DNA of 64,000 nucleotides from Gammaproteobacteria bacterium (GCA_034520625.1 JAXHNI010000011.1:41794-105793), one strand, 5' to 3'; positions 12,295-25,268 are shown, counted from the first letter of the stretch. A program made the numbers and translations. Notes: generated by a model from the letters alone, not told the origin.

Positions 12295-12454
12295 TCCGGG
12301 TCGGAGGCGGGGGGCACCACCCAGGGCCGCTGTGAGGAGCGGCACAGGGAAGTGCCGTTTGCGGACCGAAGGACGGAATACATCCTTGTACGCTCTGGCT
12401 CAAACATCCCTGTTTTCGACAGCCCTGGGTGGTGCCCCCCGCCTCCGACCCGGA
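12295..12454 (-). repeat. Dispersed hairpin element copy 2, carrying a 42-nt insertion
   Basis: Perfect 32-bp stem of different sequence, same core, insertion at 12336-12377. Confidence 0.9.
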
Positions 12455-12592
12455 AAATCTTTCAAACCGAGCCGCTACCCGCGTATCCGACGGTATTGCC
12501 GCCGCACCCGGTATCGAGTAAGGTTTTGCGGTCCAACGGCGCCGCCCGCCGGTTCGCATTGCCGTAAATTCAACAGACCCAGGGATCCCCGC

Positions 12593-13405
12593 TTGATCGT
12601 TCACCCCGGTATCGACCCCGTCGCGTTCTCCCTGGGGCCCGTGGCCGTCCACTGGTACGGACTGATGTATCTCGCTGGTTTCGCCGGCGGCTACGGCCTG
12701 GGCGTGATGCGGGCCGCGCGCCCGGGCAGCGGCTGGGGTACCCACGAGGTCGGGGACATCCTGTTCTACATCGCCATCGGCGTCATCCTGGGCGGCCGCC
12801 TGGGTTACGTTCTGTTCTACAACCCGGCGTACTATTTCCAGAATCCCTTCGAAATCCTGCAGCTCTGGTCGGGCGGGATGTCATTCCACGGCGGCCTCCT
12901 CGGGGTGATCGCCGCCATGGCATGGTACGCGCGCAGGACGGGGCGGTATTTTTTCCAGGTGGCGGATTTCATCGCGCCGCTGACCCCGCTGGGCCTGCTG
13001 GCGGGCCGCATCGGCAACTTTATCAACCAGGAGCTCTGGGGCCGGCCCACGGACCTGCCCTGGGCGATGGTGTTTCCCGCCACCGACCTCGAGCGCCTGC
13101 CGCGGCATCCCTCCATGCTTTACGAGGCCTTCCTGGAAGGGGTGGTGCTGTTCGCGGTGCTGTGGATCTATTCCCGCAACCCCCGGGCTACGGGACGCGT
13201 ATCCGGCGTGTTTCTGATGTGCTACGGTGTATTCAGATTCGCCGTGGAGTTTGTCAGGCAGCCCGATCCGCATATCGGTTATCTCGCCTTCGGCTGGCTG
13301 ACGGTGGGTCAGGTTCTGAGCGTTCCGATGGTATTATTCGGCCTCGCGGTATTCTTCCTGCCGCTGAAGTCCGCGGAACGGACGACGGAAAACACGAATG
13401 ACTAG
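12593..13405 (+). CDS. lgt: Prolipoprotein diacylglyceryl transferase
   Basis: [50 protein letters not shown]; TTG start at 12593. Confidence 0.95.
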   Translation: MIVHPGIDPVAFSLGPVAVHWYGLMYLAGFAGGYGLGVMRAARPGSGWGTHEVGDILFYIAIGVILGGRLGYVLFYNPAYYFQNPFEILQLWSGGMSFHGGLLGVIAAMAWYARRTGRYFFQVADFIAPLTPLGLLAGRIGNFINQELWGRPTDLPWAMVFPATDLERLPRHPSMLYEAFLEGVVLFAVLWIYSRNPRATGRVSGVFLMCYGVFRFAVEFVRQPDPHIGYLAFGWLTVGQVLSVPMVLFGLAVFFLPLKSAERTTENTND

Positions 13406-14021
13406 TCCACATATCGCATCAAGGCAAACGGAATCCGGCGCGAAGCTCCCCCTGCCGGCGGGACTCGTCTCCGTGGCGGTGGCCGTGCTGCTGGTGGGCG
13501 CCGTCCACGCCCAGTCCATCACCAAGTGCCAGGATGCGGAAGGCAACTGGCACTACGGCGATTTCGCCGCCGAAGCCTGCGCCGAGCAATCCACCATCAC
13601 GGAGATCGATGAACGGGGCCTGAAAGTGGAAGAGACCGATGCGCCGCCCACCCAGGACGAGCTCGATGCGCGGAAGGCCGAGGAGGATCGCGAGCGCCAG
13701 GAAGCCGAGCGCCGGGCCCGGGAGGAGGCCGAAGACCGGCGACTGCTGCAGACCTATGACTCCGACGAGGCGATCATCAGGGCCCGGGACCAGCGCGTCA
13801 GCGCCCTGGAGCAGGAGCTGGAAAGCCACCGGATGTTCCGGCAGGACCTGGTGGACGAGAAACAGGACGCATCGGTTGATGACAATGATCAGCGGGCCGC
13901 CGATCTTGACGAGCAGCTCGAGCAGTACGACGCGGCGATTCAACGCCTGGAAGCTCAGCGCCGGGAGATCATCGAGGAGTACAACCGGGAGCTGGCGAGA
14001 TACAGGGAGCTGACAGACTGA
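13398..14021 (+). CDS. DUF4124-like exported protein with coiled-coil tail
   Basis: Signal peptide then [23 protein letters not shown]. Confidence 0.75.
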   Translation: MTSPHIASRQTESGAKLPLPAGLVSVAVAVLLVGAVHAQSITKCQDAEGNWHYGDFAAEACAEQSTITEIDERGLKVEETDAPPTQDELDARKAEEDRERQEAERRAREEAEDRRLLQTYDSDEAIIRARDQRVSALEQELESHRMFRQDLVDEKQDASVDDNDQRAADLDEQLEQYDAAIQRLEAQRREIIEEYNRELARYRELTD

Positions 14022-14066
14022 CCGCGGCCCGGCTCCACATAATGGAACCAATGGAAAGGACGACAC

Positions 14067-14381
14067 ATGCAGGCAAAGCACCAACAGCTTCAGCGCCGTC
14101 TCAAGAGCTTCTACAACAAGAAGGCATCGAAGCTCGGGCTGGGCCTGACGGCCTCGTGCTGCACCCTCATCGAAAGGATGATCAACAACGGGGTCGAAAG
14201 GATGGTCAACCAGGGGGTCATCGAGCGCGAGGAACAGATCCAGGTCGCGGAGAGAAACCTCGCCCACTATCTCCAGAAGCTCTCGGAGGAGGCCCAGAGT
14301 CGGGGCACCTACCCCCAGATCGGCGCCAAGGCTTTCGACAGTGTATTCAACATGGAATGTCCCCTATGGCCGTTCTGCTGA
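14067..14381 (+). CDS. Hypothetical helical protein ending CPLWPFC (possible histone-fold-like)
   Basis: SD AAGGA upstream, fills the gap between co-oriented genes, helical pattern. Confidence 0.7.
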   Translation: MQAKHQQLQRRLKSFYNKKASKLGLGLTASCCTLIERMINNGVERMVNQGVIEREEQIQVAERNLAHYLQKLSEEAQSRGTYPQIGAKAFDSVFNMECPLWPFC

Positions 14382-14408
14382 AGCGCACTGCACAGGTTCA
14401 ACGATGAC

Positions 14409-15320
14409 GTGTTAGACGCCGACCCCCTCGAAGAGCGAACCATCTACCTGATCGATGCCAGTATCTACATCTTTCGGTCCTGGTTTTCCCTTCCGGATAC
14501 GCTGACCGCCGCCGACGGAGCGCCGGTCAACGCGGTCTACGGGTTTCTTCGCTTCCTGACGGAATTCTTCGAGGCGACGCGGCCTGCAAATATAATGGTG
14601 GCGTTCGACCAGAGCCTCACCACTTCGTTTCGCAGCGAAATCTACCCGGAGTACAAGGCCAACCGCGACCCGGCGCCGCCCGAGCTCAAGGCGCAGCTCC
14701 AGGCCTGCGAGCGGCTGGTGGACTGCCTGGGCATCTCGAGCCTGAAACACCCGCGCTTTGAAGCCGATGACCTGATCGCCAGCGTCGCGGTACTGGCCCG
14801 GGAAAGCGGTTACAGGGTAGTGGTGGTGAGCGGCGACAAGGATCTTTCCCAGGTCGTTCACGATGGAGACCTGTGGTGGGACTATGTCCGCAACCGGAAG
14901 CTCGACAGGAAGGGTGTCCATGAATACTTCGGCGTGTGGCCTGACCAGATGACGGACTTTCTGGCGCTGGTGGGAGATACGGTAGACAACATCCCCGGCG
15001 TGCCGGGTATCGGACCGAAAACCGCGTCGCGGCTCCTGCGGGTGTTCAAGGACATCGAACAGCTGTATGAGCGCCTGGAGGAAGTGCCCCGGCTGGGGAT
15101 GCGCGGCGCCCCCAGGCTGGCCCGGGCGCTGGCGGAGCACCGGGATTCCGTGATGCTCGCCCGTCGGCTTACCGCGCTCGCCTGCGACGCGCCCGCGGGG
15201 GACCAATCCCCCCACCATCGTATTACCCAGTCCAGGGCCGATGAACTGGCGGCGTTGCTGGCCTGGCTGTCCCGCGGCGAAGGTTACGTTGACAGAATAC
15301 GGACGGCGTGCGTTCAATAG
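14409..15320 (+). CDS. Stand-alone 5'-3' exonuclease / flap endonuclease (Pol I N-terminal domain family)
   Basis: YLIDASIYIFR, YPEYKANR, EADDLIA, SGDKDL, GDTVDNIPGVPGIGPKTA. Confidence 0.92.
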   Translation: MLDADPLEERTIYLIDASIYIFRSWFSLPDTLTAADGAPVNAVYGFLRFLTEFFEATRPANIMVAFDQSLTTSFRSEIYPEYKANRDPAPPELKAQLQACERLVDCLGISSLKHPRFEADDLIASVAVLARESGYRVVVVSGDKDLSQVVHDGDLWWDYVRNRKLDRKGVHEYFGVWPDQMTDFLALVGDTVDNIPGVPGIGPKTASRLLRVFKDIEQLYERLEEVPRLGMRGAPRLARALAEHRDSVMLARRLTALACDAPAGDQSPHHRITQSRADELAALLAWLSRGEGYVDRIRTACVQ

Positions 15321-15374
15321 TTTGTACGCACGCCGCGCCCTATAATGAGGTCCAGGTAACCACCGCGGGGGTAT

Positions 15375-17105
15375 ATGTACGCATCGTCTTTCGGCCTGAC
15401 CGAGGCGCCCTTTTCCATCTCGCCGGATCCCCGCTACCTCTACATGAGCCGGCGGCACCAGGAAGCGATGGCGCACCTGCGCTACGGTATCCAGGAGTCC
15501 GGCGGTTTCGTTCTGTTGACGGGTGAAGTGGGGACCGGCAAGACCACGATCTGCCGGTCCATGCTCGAGCAGCTTCCGGAAAACGTCGACGTGGCGCTTA
15601 TCCTCAATCCACAGATCAGCCACAATGAGCTTCTGGCTTCGCTGTGTGACGAGATAGGTGTGTCGTATCCGGATGACGCCAGTCCCAAGCGGCTTCTGGC
15701 CCTGCTGAACGAGAAGCTGATCGAGACCTTCGCGGCGGGCCGGCGCACGGTTCTGGTCATCGATGAGGCCCAGATGCTGTCCAGGGAAGTGCTGGAACAG
15801 GTCCGGATTCTGACCAATCTCGAAACCACCCGCCAGAAGCTTCTGCAGATCATACTCATCGGTCAGCCGGAGCTTGCGGACATACTTTCCCGGCAGGATC
15901 TCCGGCAACTGGCGCAGCGGATCACCGCCCGCTATCATCTCGAGCCGTTGACCCGGAACGAGACCGGGGAGTACGTCAGGTACCGGCTCGGCATCGCGGG
16001 TTGCCATCGCACCGTATTCACGGGCGGCGCCCTGCGCCGGCTTTACCGCCTCACCCAGGGTGTGCCGCGGCTGATCAACGTGGTCTGCGACCGGGCGATG
16101 CTGGGTGCTTACTCGAGCGACCGTGACCGGGTGACAGCCGCCATGATCTCCCGGGCGGCGGGGGAGGTGTTTGGCGGGGTTCGACGGCCCGGTGCTGCGT
16201 GGCGCCGGGCCGGCGGGTCGGCCCTGGCCGCCGCCTTGGTGTTTGCCGCGGCCATTGCCGTCATGCGGCCCGAATGGACCGGCGTCGATTATTTCGATCG
16301 TTTCGTAACGACCGAGGCGCCCGCGGCCGGCGACACGGCGAACCCGGTGGCGCTGGCGGACGCTGTCGAGGTGCCACGGACGATCGCCCAGGAAGCCCCG
16401 CCGGAAGGGCCGGTTTCCCCGGAGTCCGGCCCGCCCGGCGGGGATGCCATCCCCGGCGATGGGGATGCCGGCCGGGAGCTGCCGTTGCCGGAGCTGCTGA
16501 ACAGTACGCACGCCGCCCGCGGCGAGTCCGAAGCCCTGCAACGACTGTTGAGGGTGTGGCGCATCGCCGCGGCGGGTGCCGCCGGGGAGGCGGCCTGCGC
16601 AGACATCGAGGATCTGTACGGTCTGCGCTGCCTCAGGGAGCAGGGAACCTGGGAGGATCTGCAAGGCCACAACCGGGCGGCAGCCCTGGCCGTGAACCAC
16701 GGTGGCCGCATCTCGTATCTGGTACTGACGGGCCTCGACCGGGAGCGTGCGACCATCGCTGGCCGCGATGACAGTTTTCAGTTTGACAGGTCCGACCTTG
16801 AGCCCTACTGGGACGGGAGCTATGTGCTGCTTTGGCGTTCCCCGCCAATGGGAACCCGGACCATCGCTGAGCACTCGGAGGGCGTTGATGTTCTGTGGCT
16901 GCGCCAGACACTGAATCGGGTACCTGGCACTCCGTCTCTGGAAGTGGACAACACCTATTACGACTCGTCCCTCAAGGAACGAGTCATGGCGTTTCAGGAA
17001 TCGAACAATCTTCGCGTGGACGGCGTGGCGGGGGTCAACACCATCATCCGGCTCAACAGCATCGTCGATCCGGATGTTCCCAGGCTGGATGCGGCCCCGG
17101 GCTGA
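15375..17105 (+). CDS. exeA: ExeA/GspA-type AAA ATPase with C-terminal peptidoglycan-binding domain
   Basis: PFSISPDPRYLY, GEVGTGKTT, IDEAQ, IGQPEL, TM segment, FQESNNLRVDGVAG PG-binding motif. Confidence 0.88.
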   Translation: MYASSFGLTEAPFSISPDPRYLYMSRRHQEAMAHLRYGIQESGGFVLLTGEVGTGKTTICRSMLEQLPENVDVALILNPQISHNELLASLCDEIGVSYPDDASPKRLLALLNEKLIETFAAGRRTVLVIDEAQMLSREVLEQVRILTNLETTRQKLLQIILIGQPELADILSRQDLRQLAQRITARYHLEPLTRNETGEYVRYRLGIAGCHRTVFTGGALRRLYRLTQGVPRLINVVCDRAMLGAYSSDRDRVTAAMISRAAGEVFGGVRRPGAAWRRAGGSALAAALVFAAAIAVMRPEWTGVDYFDRFVTTEAPAAGDTANPVALADAVEVPRTIAQEAPPEGPVSPESGPPGGDAIPGDGDAGRELPLPELLNSTHAARGESEALQRLLRVWRIAAAGAAGEAACADIEDLYGLRCLREQGTWEDLQGHNRAAALAVNHGGRISYLVLTGLDRERATIAGRDDSFQFDRSDLEPYWDGSYVLLWRSPPMGTRTIAEHSEGVDVLWLRQTLNRVPGTPSLEVDNTYYDSSLKERVMAFQESNNLRVDGVAGVNTIIRLNSIVDPDVPRLDAAPG

Positions 17106-17114
17106 GTCGCGGCA

Positions 17115-17687
17115 ATGTCATACATACTCGATGCACTTCGCAAGTCGGAACAGGAGCGAGAAGGCAGCGCTGTACCGATTCTCCGTGCGCCGCCCCGGAC
17201 CATCACCGGCTACCGCCGGCTGCCGCCGGCCGTCTCGGCCGGCGCGGCCCTGATCATCGCCGCGTCGGCCGTTGCCTGGCTCATCGCTCCGGAACTGCTG
17301 CACAGCATCGGCAGTGCGCCGACTTCCCAGGCGCCCCCGGACCAATCACCGGAAACAGCCGGTCCGCGGGTCGCGACGCCGGTAGTGGAACAGGGCAGTC
17401 GCTCCCCTTCGTCGGATACCGCAGCGGTGCAGGAGGGTATACCGCGGTCCGGGGCGGAGACCGGTACCCCGGCGGCTGCGGATTCCGGCGTACACCCCCG
17501 CGTTGCGGATCTGTCGCTGACCGTCGTTTCCTACTCGGATAGCCCGCAACGGCGTTTCGTAATGATCGACCAGCGCATCGTGCGCGAATCGGAACCCGTC
17601 ACCGAGGGTGTGGTGGTCAAGCGCATCCTGCCCAATGGCGTGATCCTGGGCGTTGGAGAGGAAGAGGTGTTGCTCGAGCCCCGGTAG
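17115..17687 (+). CDS. gspB: General secretion pathway protein GspB/ExeB
   Basis: MSYILDALRKSEQER N-terminus, TM, YSDSPQRRFVMID C-terminus; follows exeA. Confidence 0.85.
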   Translation: MSYILDALRKSEQEREGSAVPILRAPPRTITGYRRLPPAVSAGAALIIAASAVAWLIAPELLHSIGSAPTSQAPPDQSPETAGPRVATPVVEQGSRSPSSDTAAVQEGIPRSGAETGTPAAADSGVHPRVADLSLTVVSYSDSPQRRFVMIDQRIVRESEPVTEGVVVKRILPNGVILGVGEEEVLLEPR

Positions 17688-17696
17688 GCGCCCGGG

Positions 17697-20084
<2,388 letters not shown>

Positions 20085-20251
20085 GGTGTCACAGCTCCCG
20101 GTATGGATGGATTAGAATAGCGGGACTTGCGTCGTGCTTCCCCGGCACCGCCCGGGCGCACCCCTGAATCCCCGGTTTGACGGGCCGGCCCGGCAGCCGC
20201 CCGGGACCGGTGTCGTCGAATCCGGAAACAGTCGGTATTGTACTGAAAAAA

Positions 20252-21073
20252 ATGGTTGATCGTTACGTCTTTGCTGTATCGGATCGCACCGGCATTACCG
20301 CCGAGAGCCTCGGGGTGAGTCTCCTGTGTCATTTTCCGAGCCTCCGGTTCAAGACCGTGGCGCTTCCCTTCGTGGATACGCCGGAAAAGGCGCGGGACGC
20401 GGCGCGGCGAATCAGTGAAGTTGCGGAGAGCAACGGCGGCCCGCCGCTGATCTTTGCCACCCTGGCGGATGACGAGATCCGGAAGATCATCGCCTCGAGC
20501 AACGGGGTGCTGTTCGATCTCTTCGATCACTTCCTGGCACCCCTGGAAAAGGAGCTGGGGGTGGCTTCGGAGCACAGCGTCGGCAGCTCCCACGGGGTGC
20601 TGAACCCGAACAAGTACACGGCGCGGATCAGCGCCCTGAACTACACTATGCGCACGGACGACGGCATGAACGCGAGCCACTACGAGCATGCCGAGCTGGT
20701 GGTCATCGGCGTGTCCCGTACGGCCAAGACGCCCACTTCCCTGTATCTGGCACTGCACTACGGGGTGTCAACGGCCAATTTCCCGCTGCTGGAAGAGGAT
20801 CTTGAAAGGGCGCGCCTTCCGGATAAAATCATCCGCCATCGGAAGAAGCTGTTCGGGCTGACGATCGACCCCGCGCTCCTGCAGCAGATCCGGCAGGCGC
20901 GCTACGACAAGGGCCGCTACGCCCAGCTGCGCCAGTGCCAGTACGAGGTGTCGCAGGCGGAGGCGCTGTACCGCCGAGAGCGCATACCGTATGTCGATAC
21001 CTCGGCCAAGTCCGTCGAGGAGATCGCTACCACGATCATGCACAAAATCAACCTGAATCGCGAGCTGATGTGA
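20252..21073 (+). CDS. ppsR: PEP synthase regulatory kinase/pyrophosphorylase (DUF299)
   Basis: VSDRTGITAE, DDG, GVSRTAKTPTSLYLA; divergent from ppsA. Confidence 0.93.
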   Translation: MVDRYVFAVSDRTGITAESLGVSLLCHFPSLRFKTVALPFVDTPEKARDAARRISEVAESNGGPPLIFATLADDEIRKIIASSNGVLFDLFDHFLAPLEKELGVASEHSVGSSHGVLNPNKYTARISALNYTMRTDDGMNASHYEHAELVVIGVSRTAKTPTSLYLALHYGVSTANFPLLEEDLERARLPDKIIRHRKKLFGLTIDPALLQQIRQARYDKGRYAQLRQCQYEVSQAEALYRRERIPYVDTSAKSVEEIATTIMHKINLNRELM

Positions 21074-21077
21074 ACCG

Positions 21078-21584
21078 ATGCCGATCTACGAGTTCTACTG
21101 TCCCGATTGCCACACGATATACAGCTTCTATTCCCGCCGCATCAATACGGACGGTACCCCGGCCTGCCCGGGCGACGGCGGCCGCGATCATCGACTGGCC
21201 CGCCAGGTATCCCTGTTTGCGATCTCCAAGGGGCGCGGGGAAGACGACGACGGCGACATGCTCGACAATATCGACGAAAGCCGTCTCGAGCAGGCGATGA
21301 TGTCGATGTCAGGGGAAATGGAGAACATGGACGAGAACGATCCGCGCCAGGCGGCGAGGATGATGCGCCGGCTCTTCGACTCCACGGGACTGCGACTCAG
21401 CGGCGGCATGGAGGAGGCGATCAGCCGGATGGAGGCGGGGGAGGATGCCGAGCAGATCGAGGCCGACATGGGCGACCTGCTGGAGGAGGAAGAGCCGTTC
21501 GCGATGAAGCCGCGCAAGCTGCTCAACGACCTGCGGCGCCAGTATCTGCCGCCCAGGGTGGACGACACGCTCTACGAAATGTGA
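21078..21584 (+). CDS. FmdB-family zinc-ribbon protein with acidic extension
   Basis: MPIYEFYCPDC N-terminus. Confidence 0.8.
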   Translation: MPIYEFYCPDCHTIYSFYSRRINTDGTPACPGDGGRDHRLARQVSLFAISKGRGEDDDGDMLDNIDESRLEQAMMSMSGEMENMDENDPRQAARMMRRLFDSTGLRLSGGMEEAISRMEAGEDAEQIEADMGDLLEEEEPFAMKPRKLLNDLRRQYLPPRVDDTLYEM

Positions 21585-21641
21585 TCCGGGTCGAGGGCCG
21601 CTGCGCCCGGGGGCGGGCTGCGGTTCACCGGTCTGCCGGGC

Positions 21642-21872
21642 TCATCGCGTCAATTTGAGCCACTCCAGGGCGCCTGCGACGACGGTGACGAGGGTCACCG
21701 AGGGCAGCCATCGAGACCAGGCCGCCGGCGCCGCGCCGCCGGACCGCTCGACCCCCTCGTCCACGGTGCAGGTTTCGTACGTATCCGACATGAGCGGCTC
21801 GATGGCGCCCGCCTGGCGGCGCGGCACCACGCCCACCGGTGTACGCGTCTGATTCTGGTTCTGTTTGCGCAT
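21642..21872 (-). CDS. Small hypothetical protein with C-terminal hydrophobic segment
   Basis: SD GGGAGGA upstream of ATG 21872; C-terminal WLPSVTLVTVVAGALEWL. Confidence 0.55.
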   Translation of the reverse strand: MRKQNQNQTRTPVGVVPRRQAGAIEPLMSDTYETCTVDEGVERSGGAAPAAWSRWLPSVTLVTVVAGALEWLKLTR

Positions 21873-22042
21873 ATTTGGATCCTCCCCTTGAATACTTATA
21901 GAAAAATTCCATTGGATTGGAAAGGGGCGAATCATGGCGATTTCGTGGTTTCGGCGGCAACGGCCCCGGTTTCATCGGTTGCGCAGTCCGCTATAATCCG
22001 CCGCCCCGCGCCCCGTTTCACGCAGGTTTTCGCAGGTTTTCT

Positions 22043-23620
22043 ATGACAGATATTCGCGGCCAGGTGGCCAAACGCCGGACTTTCGCCATCATCTCGCACC
22101 CCGACGCGGGCAAGACCACCCTGACGGAGCGGCTGCTGCTGAGCGGGGGCGCGATTCAGCTCGCCGGCACCGTGAAGGCGCGCAAGGCCGGTCGCTACGC
22201 CACCTCGGACTGGATGGAGCTGGAGAAGCAGCGGGGGATCTCGGTGACATCCTCGGTGATGCAGTTCGAGCACGGCGGCCGGGTCGTCAACCTCCTGGAC
22301 ACCCCGGGGCACGCGGATTTCTCGGAGGACACCTACCGGACGCTTACGGCGGTGGATTCCTGCCTCATGGTGATCGATTCGGCCAAGGGCGTGGAGGGGC
22401 GGACCATCAAGCTGATGGATGTGTGCCGGCTCCGGGATACGCCCATCATGACCTTTGTGAACAAGATGGACCGCGAGGGCCGGGAGCCCGTGGAGCTCAT
22501 GGACGAAGTGGAGTCGGTTTTGAACATCGAGTGCGCGCCGCTGACCTGGCCGGTGGGGTCCGGCAAGGGTTTCCGGGGCGTGTATCGTCTGTATGACGAC
22601 AGTGTCCACCTCATCGGCGGCCGCCCCGGCAATCCGGCGCGGGACACCCGCATCGAAGGACTGGCCAGCGACGAGTTCAGCGCCGCACTGGGCGACGACG
22701 CCGATCGCCTGCGGGAGGAGATCGAGCTGGTCCGGGGCGCCAGCCACGAGTTCGATGCCGAACGCTATCTCCAGGGCCGGCAGACTCCGGTGTTTTTCGG
22801 CTCGGCGCTCAACGACTGGGGCGTGGCCGAGCTGCTCGACAATTTCGTGCACTACGCTCCGGCGCCGCAGCCGCGCGAGGCGCTGGAGCGGGTGGTGAAT
22901 CCGGAGGAGTCGAAGTTCACCGGTGTTGTTTTCAAGATCCAGGCCAACATGGACCCGGCCCATCATGACCGGATCGCCTTCCTCAGGGTGAACTCGGGTC
23001 GGTTCAACAAGGGCATGAAACTCCGCCACGTGCGCATCGGCAAGGACATCACGATCAACAACGCCATCACCTTCATGGCGTCTCGCCGGGAGCAGGTCGA
23101 TGATGCCTACGCCGGGGATATCATCGGCCTTCACAACCATGGCACGATTCAGATCGGCGACACCTTCACGGAGGGTGAAAGCCTGAAGTTCAGCGGTATT
23201 CCGAACTTCGCCCCGGAGCTGTTCCGCCGGGTGCAGCTCCGCGACCCGCTGCGCGCCAAGGCGCTTCAGAAGGGCCTGATCCAGCTCAGCGAGGAAGGGG
23301 CGACCCAGGTGTTCAAGCCCCTGAACAACAACGATCTCATTCTGGGCGCCGTAGGCACCCTGCAGTTCGACGTAGTGGCGCACCGCCTGAAGAACGAATA
23401 CAACGTCGACGCATCGTTCGAGGCCGTGCCGGTCTCCACGGCTCGCTGGGTGTCCTGTCCCGACGCCAGGACGGAGCAGGAGTTCCGGAGGAAAGCCTCG
23501 GACAACCTGGCGATGGACGGCTCCGGCAGCCTGACATATATCGCGCCCAACAAGGTAAACTTGCAGCTCACCCAGGAAAGGTGGCCCGATGTCGAGTTCC
23601 GGGCGACCCGGGAAGTGTGA
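22043..23620 (+). CDS. prfC: Peptide chain release factor 3
   Basis: [41 protein letters not shown]. Confidence 0.97.
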   Translation: MTDIRGQVAKRRTFAIISHPDAGKTTLTERLLLSGGAIQLAGTVKARKAGRYATSDWMELEKQRGISVTSSVMQFEHGGRVVNLLDTPGHADFSEDTYRTLTAVDSCLMVIDSAKGVEGRTIKLMDVCRLRDTPIMTFVNKMDREGREPVELMDEVESVLNIECAPLTWPVGSGKGFRGVYRLYDDSVHLIGGRPGNPARDTRIEGLASDEFSAALGDDADRLREEIELVRGASHEFDAERYLQGRQTPVFFGSALNDWGVAELLDNFVHYAPAPQPREALERVVNPEESKFTGVVFKIQANMDPAHHDRIAFLRVNSGRFNKGMKLRHVRIGKDITINNAITFMASRREQVDDAYAGDIIGLHNHGTIQIGDTFTEGESLKFSGIPNFAPELFRRVQLRDPLRAKALQKGLIQLSEEGATQVFKPLNNNDLILGAVGTLQFDVVAHRLKNEYNVDASFEAVPVSTARWVSCPDARTEQEFRRKASDNLAMDGSGSLTYIAPNKVNLQLTQERWPDVEFRATREV

Positions 23621-23746
23621 GCGGTCCGGCTCAGTATCCGCCGGCCGGTGCATTGATTTCGGTCAATTTACAAAACCATGCATCGGGCTTATGTTCACCG
23701 TACCAAATTTCGAATTCCAGGAAAACTAACCTCGAGGTCATCAACA

Positions 23747-24064
23747 ATGCGAAACGCATTCATCGTCAGTTCAGCTCTATGCGCCATTCTCGCCGCCGGC
23801 CCGGCCGCCGCGGCGGATGGCAAGGCCGTCTACGACCAGGCCTGTATGGCTTGCCATGCCCAGGGAGTCGCCGGCGCACCCAAGCAGGGAGATGCCGAAG
23901 CCTGGGAAGACAGGATTGCGAAAGGCATGGATACGCTGTACGAAAACTCCATCAACGGCTTCCAGGGCGACGCCGGCATGATGCCGCCGAAAGGCGGATT
24001 CGCTAATCTCAGCGATGAAGAGGTCAAGGCCGCCGTGGATTACATGGTGGAACAGTCCCAGTAG
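23747..24064 (+). CDS. Cytochrome c5-type periplasmic cytochrome
   Basis: Signal peptide, CMACH heme motif, GVAGAPK, MPPKGG. Confidence 0.93.
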   Translation: MRNAFIVSSALCAILAAGPAAAADGKAVYDQACMACHAQGVAGAPKQGDAEAWEDRIAKGMDTLYENSINGFQGDAGMMPPKGGFANLSDEEVKAAVDYMVEQSQ

Positions 24065-24086
24065 GCGTTCCGATTCGAAACAGCGT

Positions 24087-24108
24087 GTAGGTCGGGCGCC
24101 AGCCCGAC
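24087..24108 (+). repeat. Single GTAG-type REP-like palindrome
   Basis: GTAG followed by the GTCGGGC-GCCA-GCCCGAC hairpin just after the cytochrome c stop. Confidence 0.5.
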
Positions 24109-24177
24109 ATTTGTTTCCAGTCGTGGAAACGGGACTATGCCGGTCCCCGTTCCCGGTCCGGGCGCAGCCGGTGAGCC

Positions 24178-25158
24178 GTGCCTGAGCTTTTCGACGAGAT
24201 GTTGGAACGCGCCGTCACCGTACGCCGCGGCGTGGCATGCGGGCGCTACGCACCCAGTCCCACCGGGGCGCTTCATCTCGGCAATCTCAGGACCGCCCTG
24301 GTGGCCTGGCTGCAGGTCCGCGTCGCCGGGGGCGTGTTCGTTCTGCGCATGGAGGACCTCGATACAACCCGCAACCGGAAGGGTTGCACGGAGGGTATCC
24401 TCCGGGACCTGCGGCGGATAGGTCTCGACTGGGACGAAGGCCCCGACGTGGGCGGCCCGCTGGGTCCCTACTCGCAATCGGGAAGGCACCATTGCTACCG
24501 GGCGGCGTTCGAGCGCCTGGACGCTGGAGGCCGGATTTTCCCGTGCTTCTGTTCGAGAAAGGATATCCGGGAGGCGGCGAGTGCACCCCACGGCGCCGCC
24601 GTCGTCTATCCGGGGACCTGCCGTCACGCCCGCTCCGGCGGACAGCGCACCCCGGAGGATGCAGGTCCGGCGCCGGCCTGGCGCTTCACGGTCGGGGAAG
24701 AATTGGTCCGGTTCCACGACTGCCTGCAGGGCATTTACCGCCAGCACCTCGGCCGGGAAGTGGGGGACTTCGTCATCAAACGGCGGGATGAAATATTCGC
24801 CTACCAGCTCGCGGTTGTCGTGGACGATGCCCTGATGGGCGTGACGGACGTGGTGCGGGGCGGGGACCTTGCCGACTCCACCCCTCGCCAGATTGCGCTC
24901 CAGGATGCGCTGGGGCTGCCGACGCCGCGGTATTGGCACGTCCCGCTTTTGTGTGACGAGCACGGAGAGCGAATGAGCAAGCGCAACGCCGCCGCATCGC
25001 TGGATGAGTACTGTGCTGCAGGGGGCACTCCGGAGTCCCTGGTGGGGCGATTCGCCCGGGAGCTGTCACTGCGAGATTCCGCGGAGCCGCTGAGCGCCGC
25101 GGAGCTCCTGAGCGGCCTGGAGACGTCGGATCTGCTCCGGTGCGCCTCGGTGGGGTGA
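24178..25158 (+). CDS. gluQ: Glutamyl-Q tRNA(Asp) synthetase
   Basis: GRYAPSPTGALHLGN, LRMEDLD, CFCSRK..YPGTC, AYQLAVVVDD, MSKR; no anticodon-binding domain. Confidence 0.9.
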   Translation: MPELFDEMLERAVTVRRGVACGRYAPSPTGALHLGNLRTALVAWLQVRVAGGVFVLRMEDLDTTRNRKGCTEGILRDLRRIGLDWDEGPDVGGPLGPYSQSGRHHCYRAAFERLDAGGRIFPCFCSRKDIREAASAPHGAAVVYPGTCRHARSGGQRTPEDAGPAPAWRFTVGEELVRFHDCLQGIYRQHLGREVGDFVIKRRDEIFAYQLAVVVDDALMGVTDVVRGGDLADSTPRQIALQDALGLPTPRYWHVPLLCDEHGERMSKRNAAASLDEYCAAGGTPESLVGRFARELSLRDSAEPLSAAELLSGLETSDLLRCASVG

Positions 25159-25268
25159 ACTCGCCCGGGTCGTGACGCCGCCGGCCACCGTTCACCAAAT
25201 CCAACGGAGAATGAACCATCCAGCGGCTCGCAGGCGCTGGCCGGCTTTGAGAATAGGTGCCAGGGTTT

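Noticed and set aside
12332-12592. N-terminal extension of lgt and other ORFs with the recurring peptide [18 protein letters not shown]
   Set aside because: These are translations of the repeat; Lgt homology starts at TTG 12593 and conservation follows base pairing, not codons
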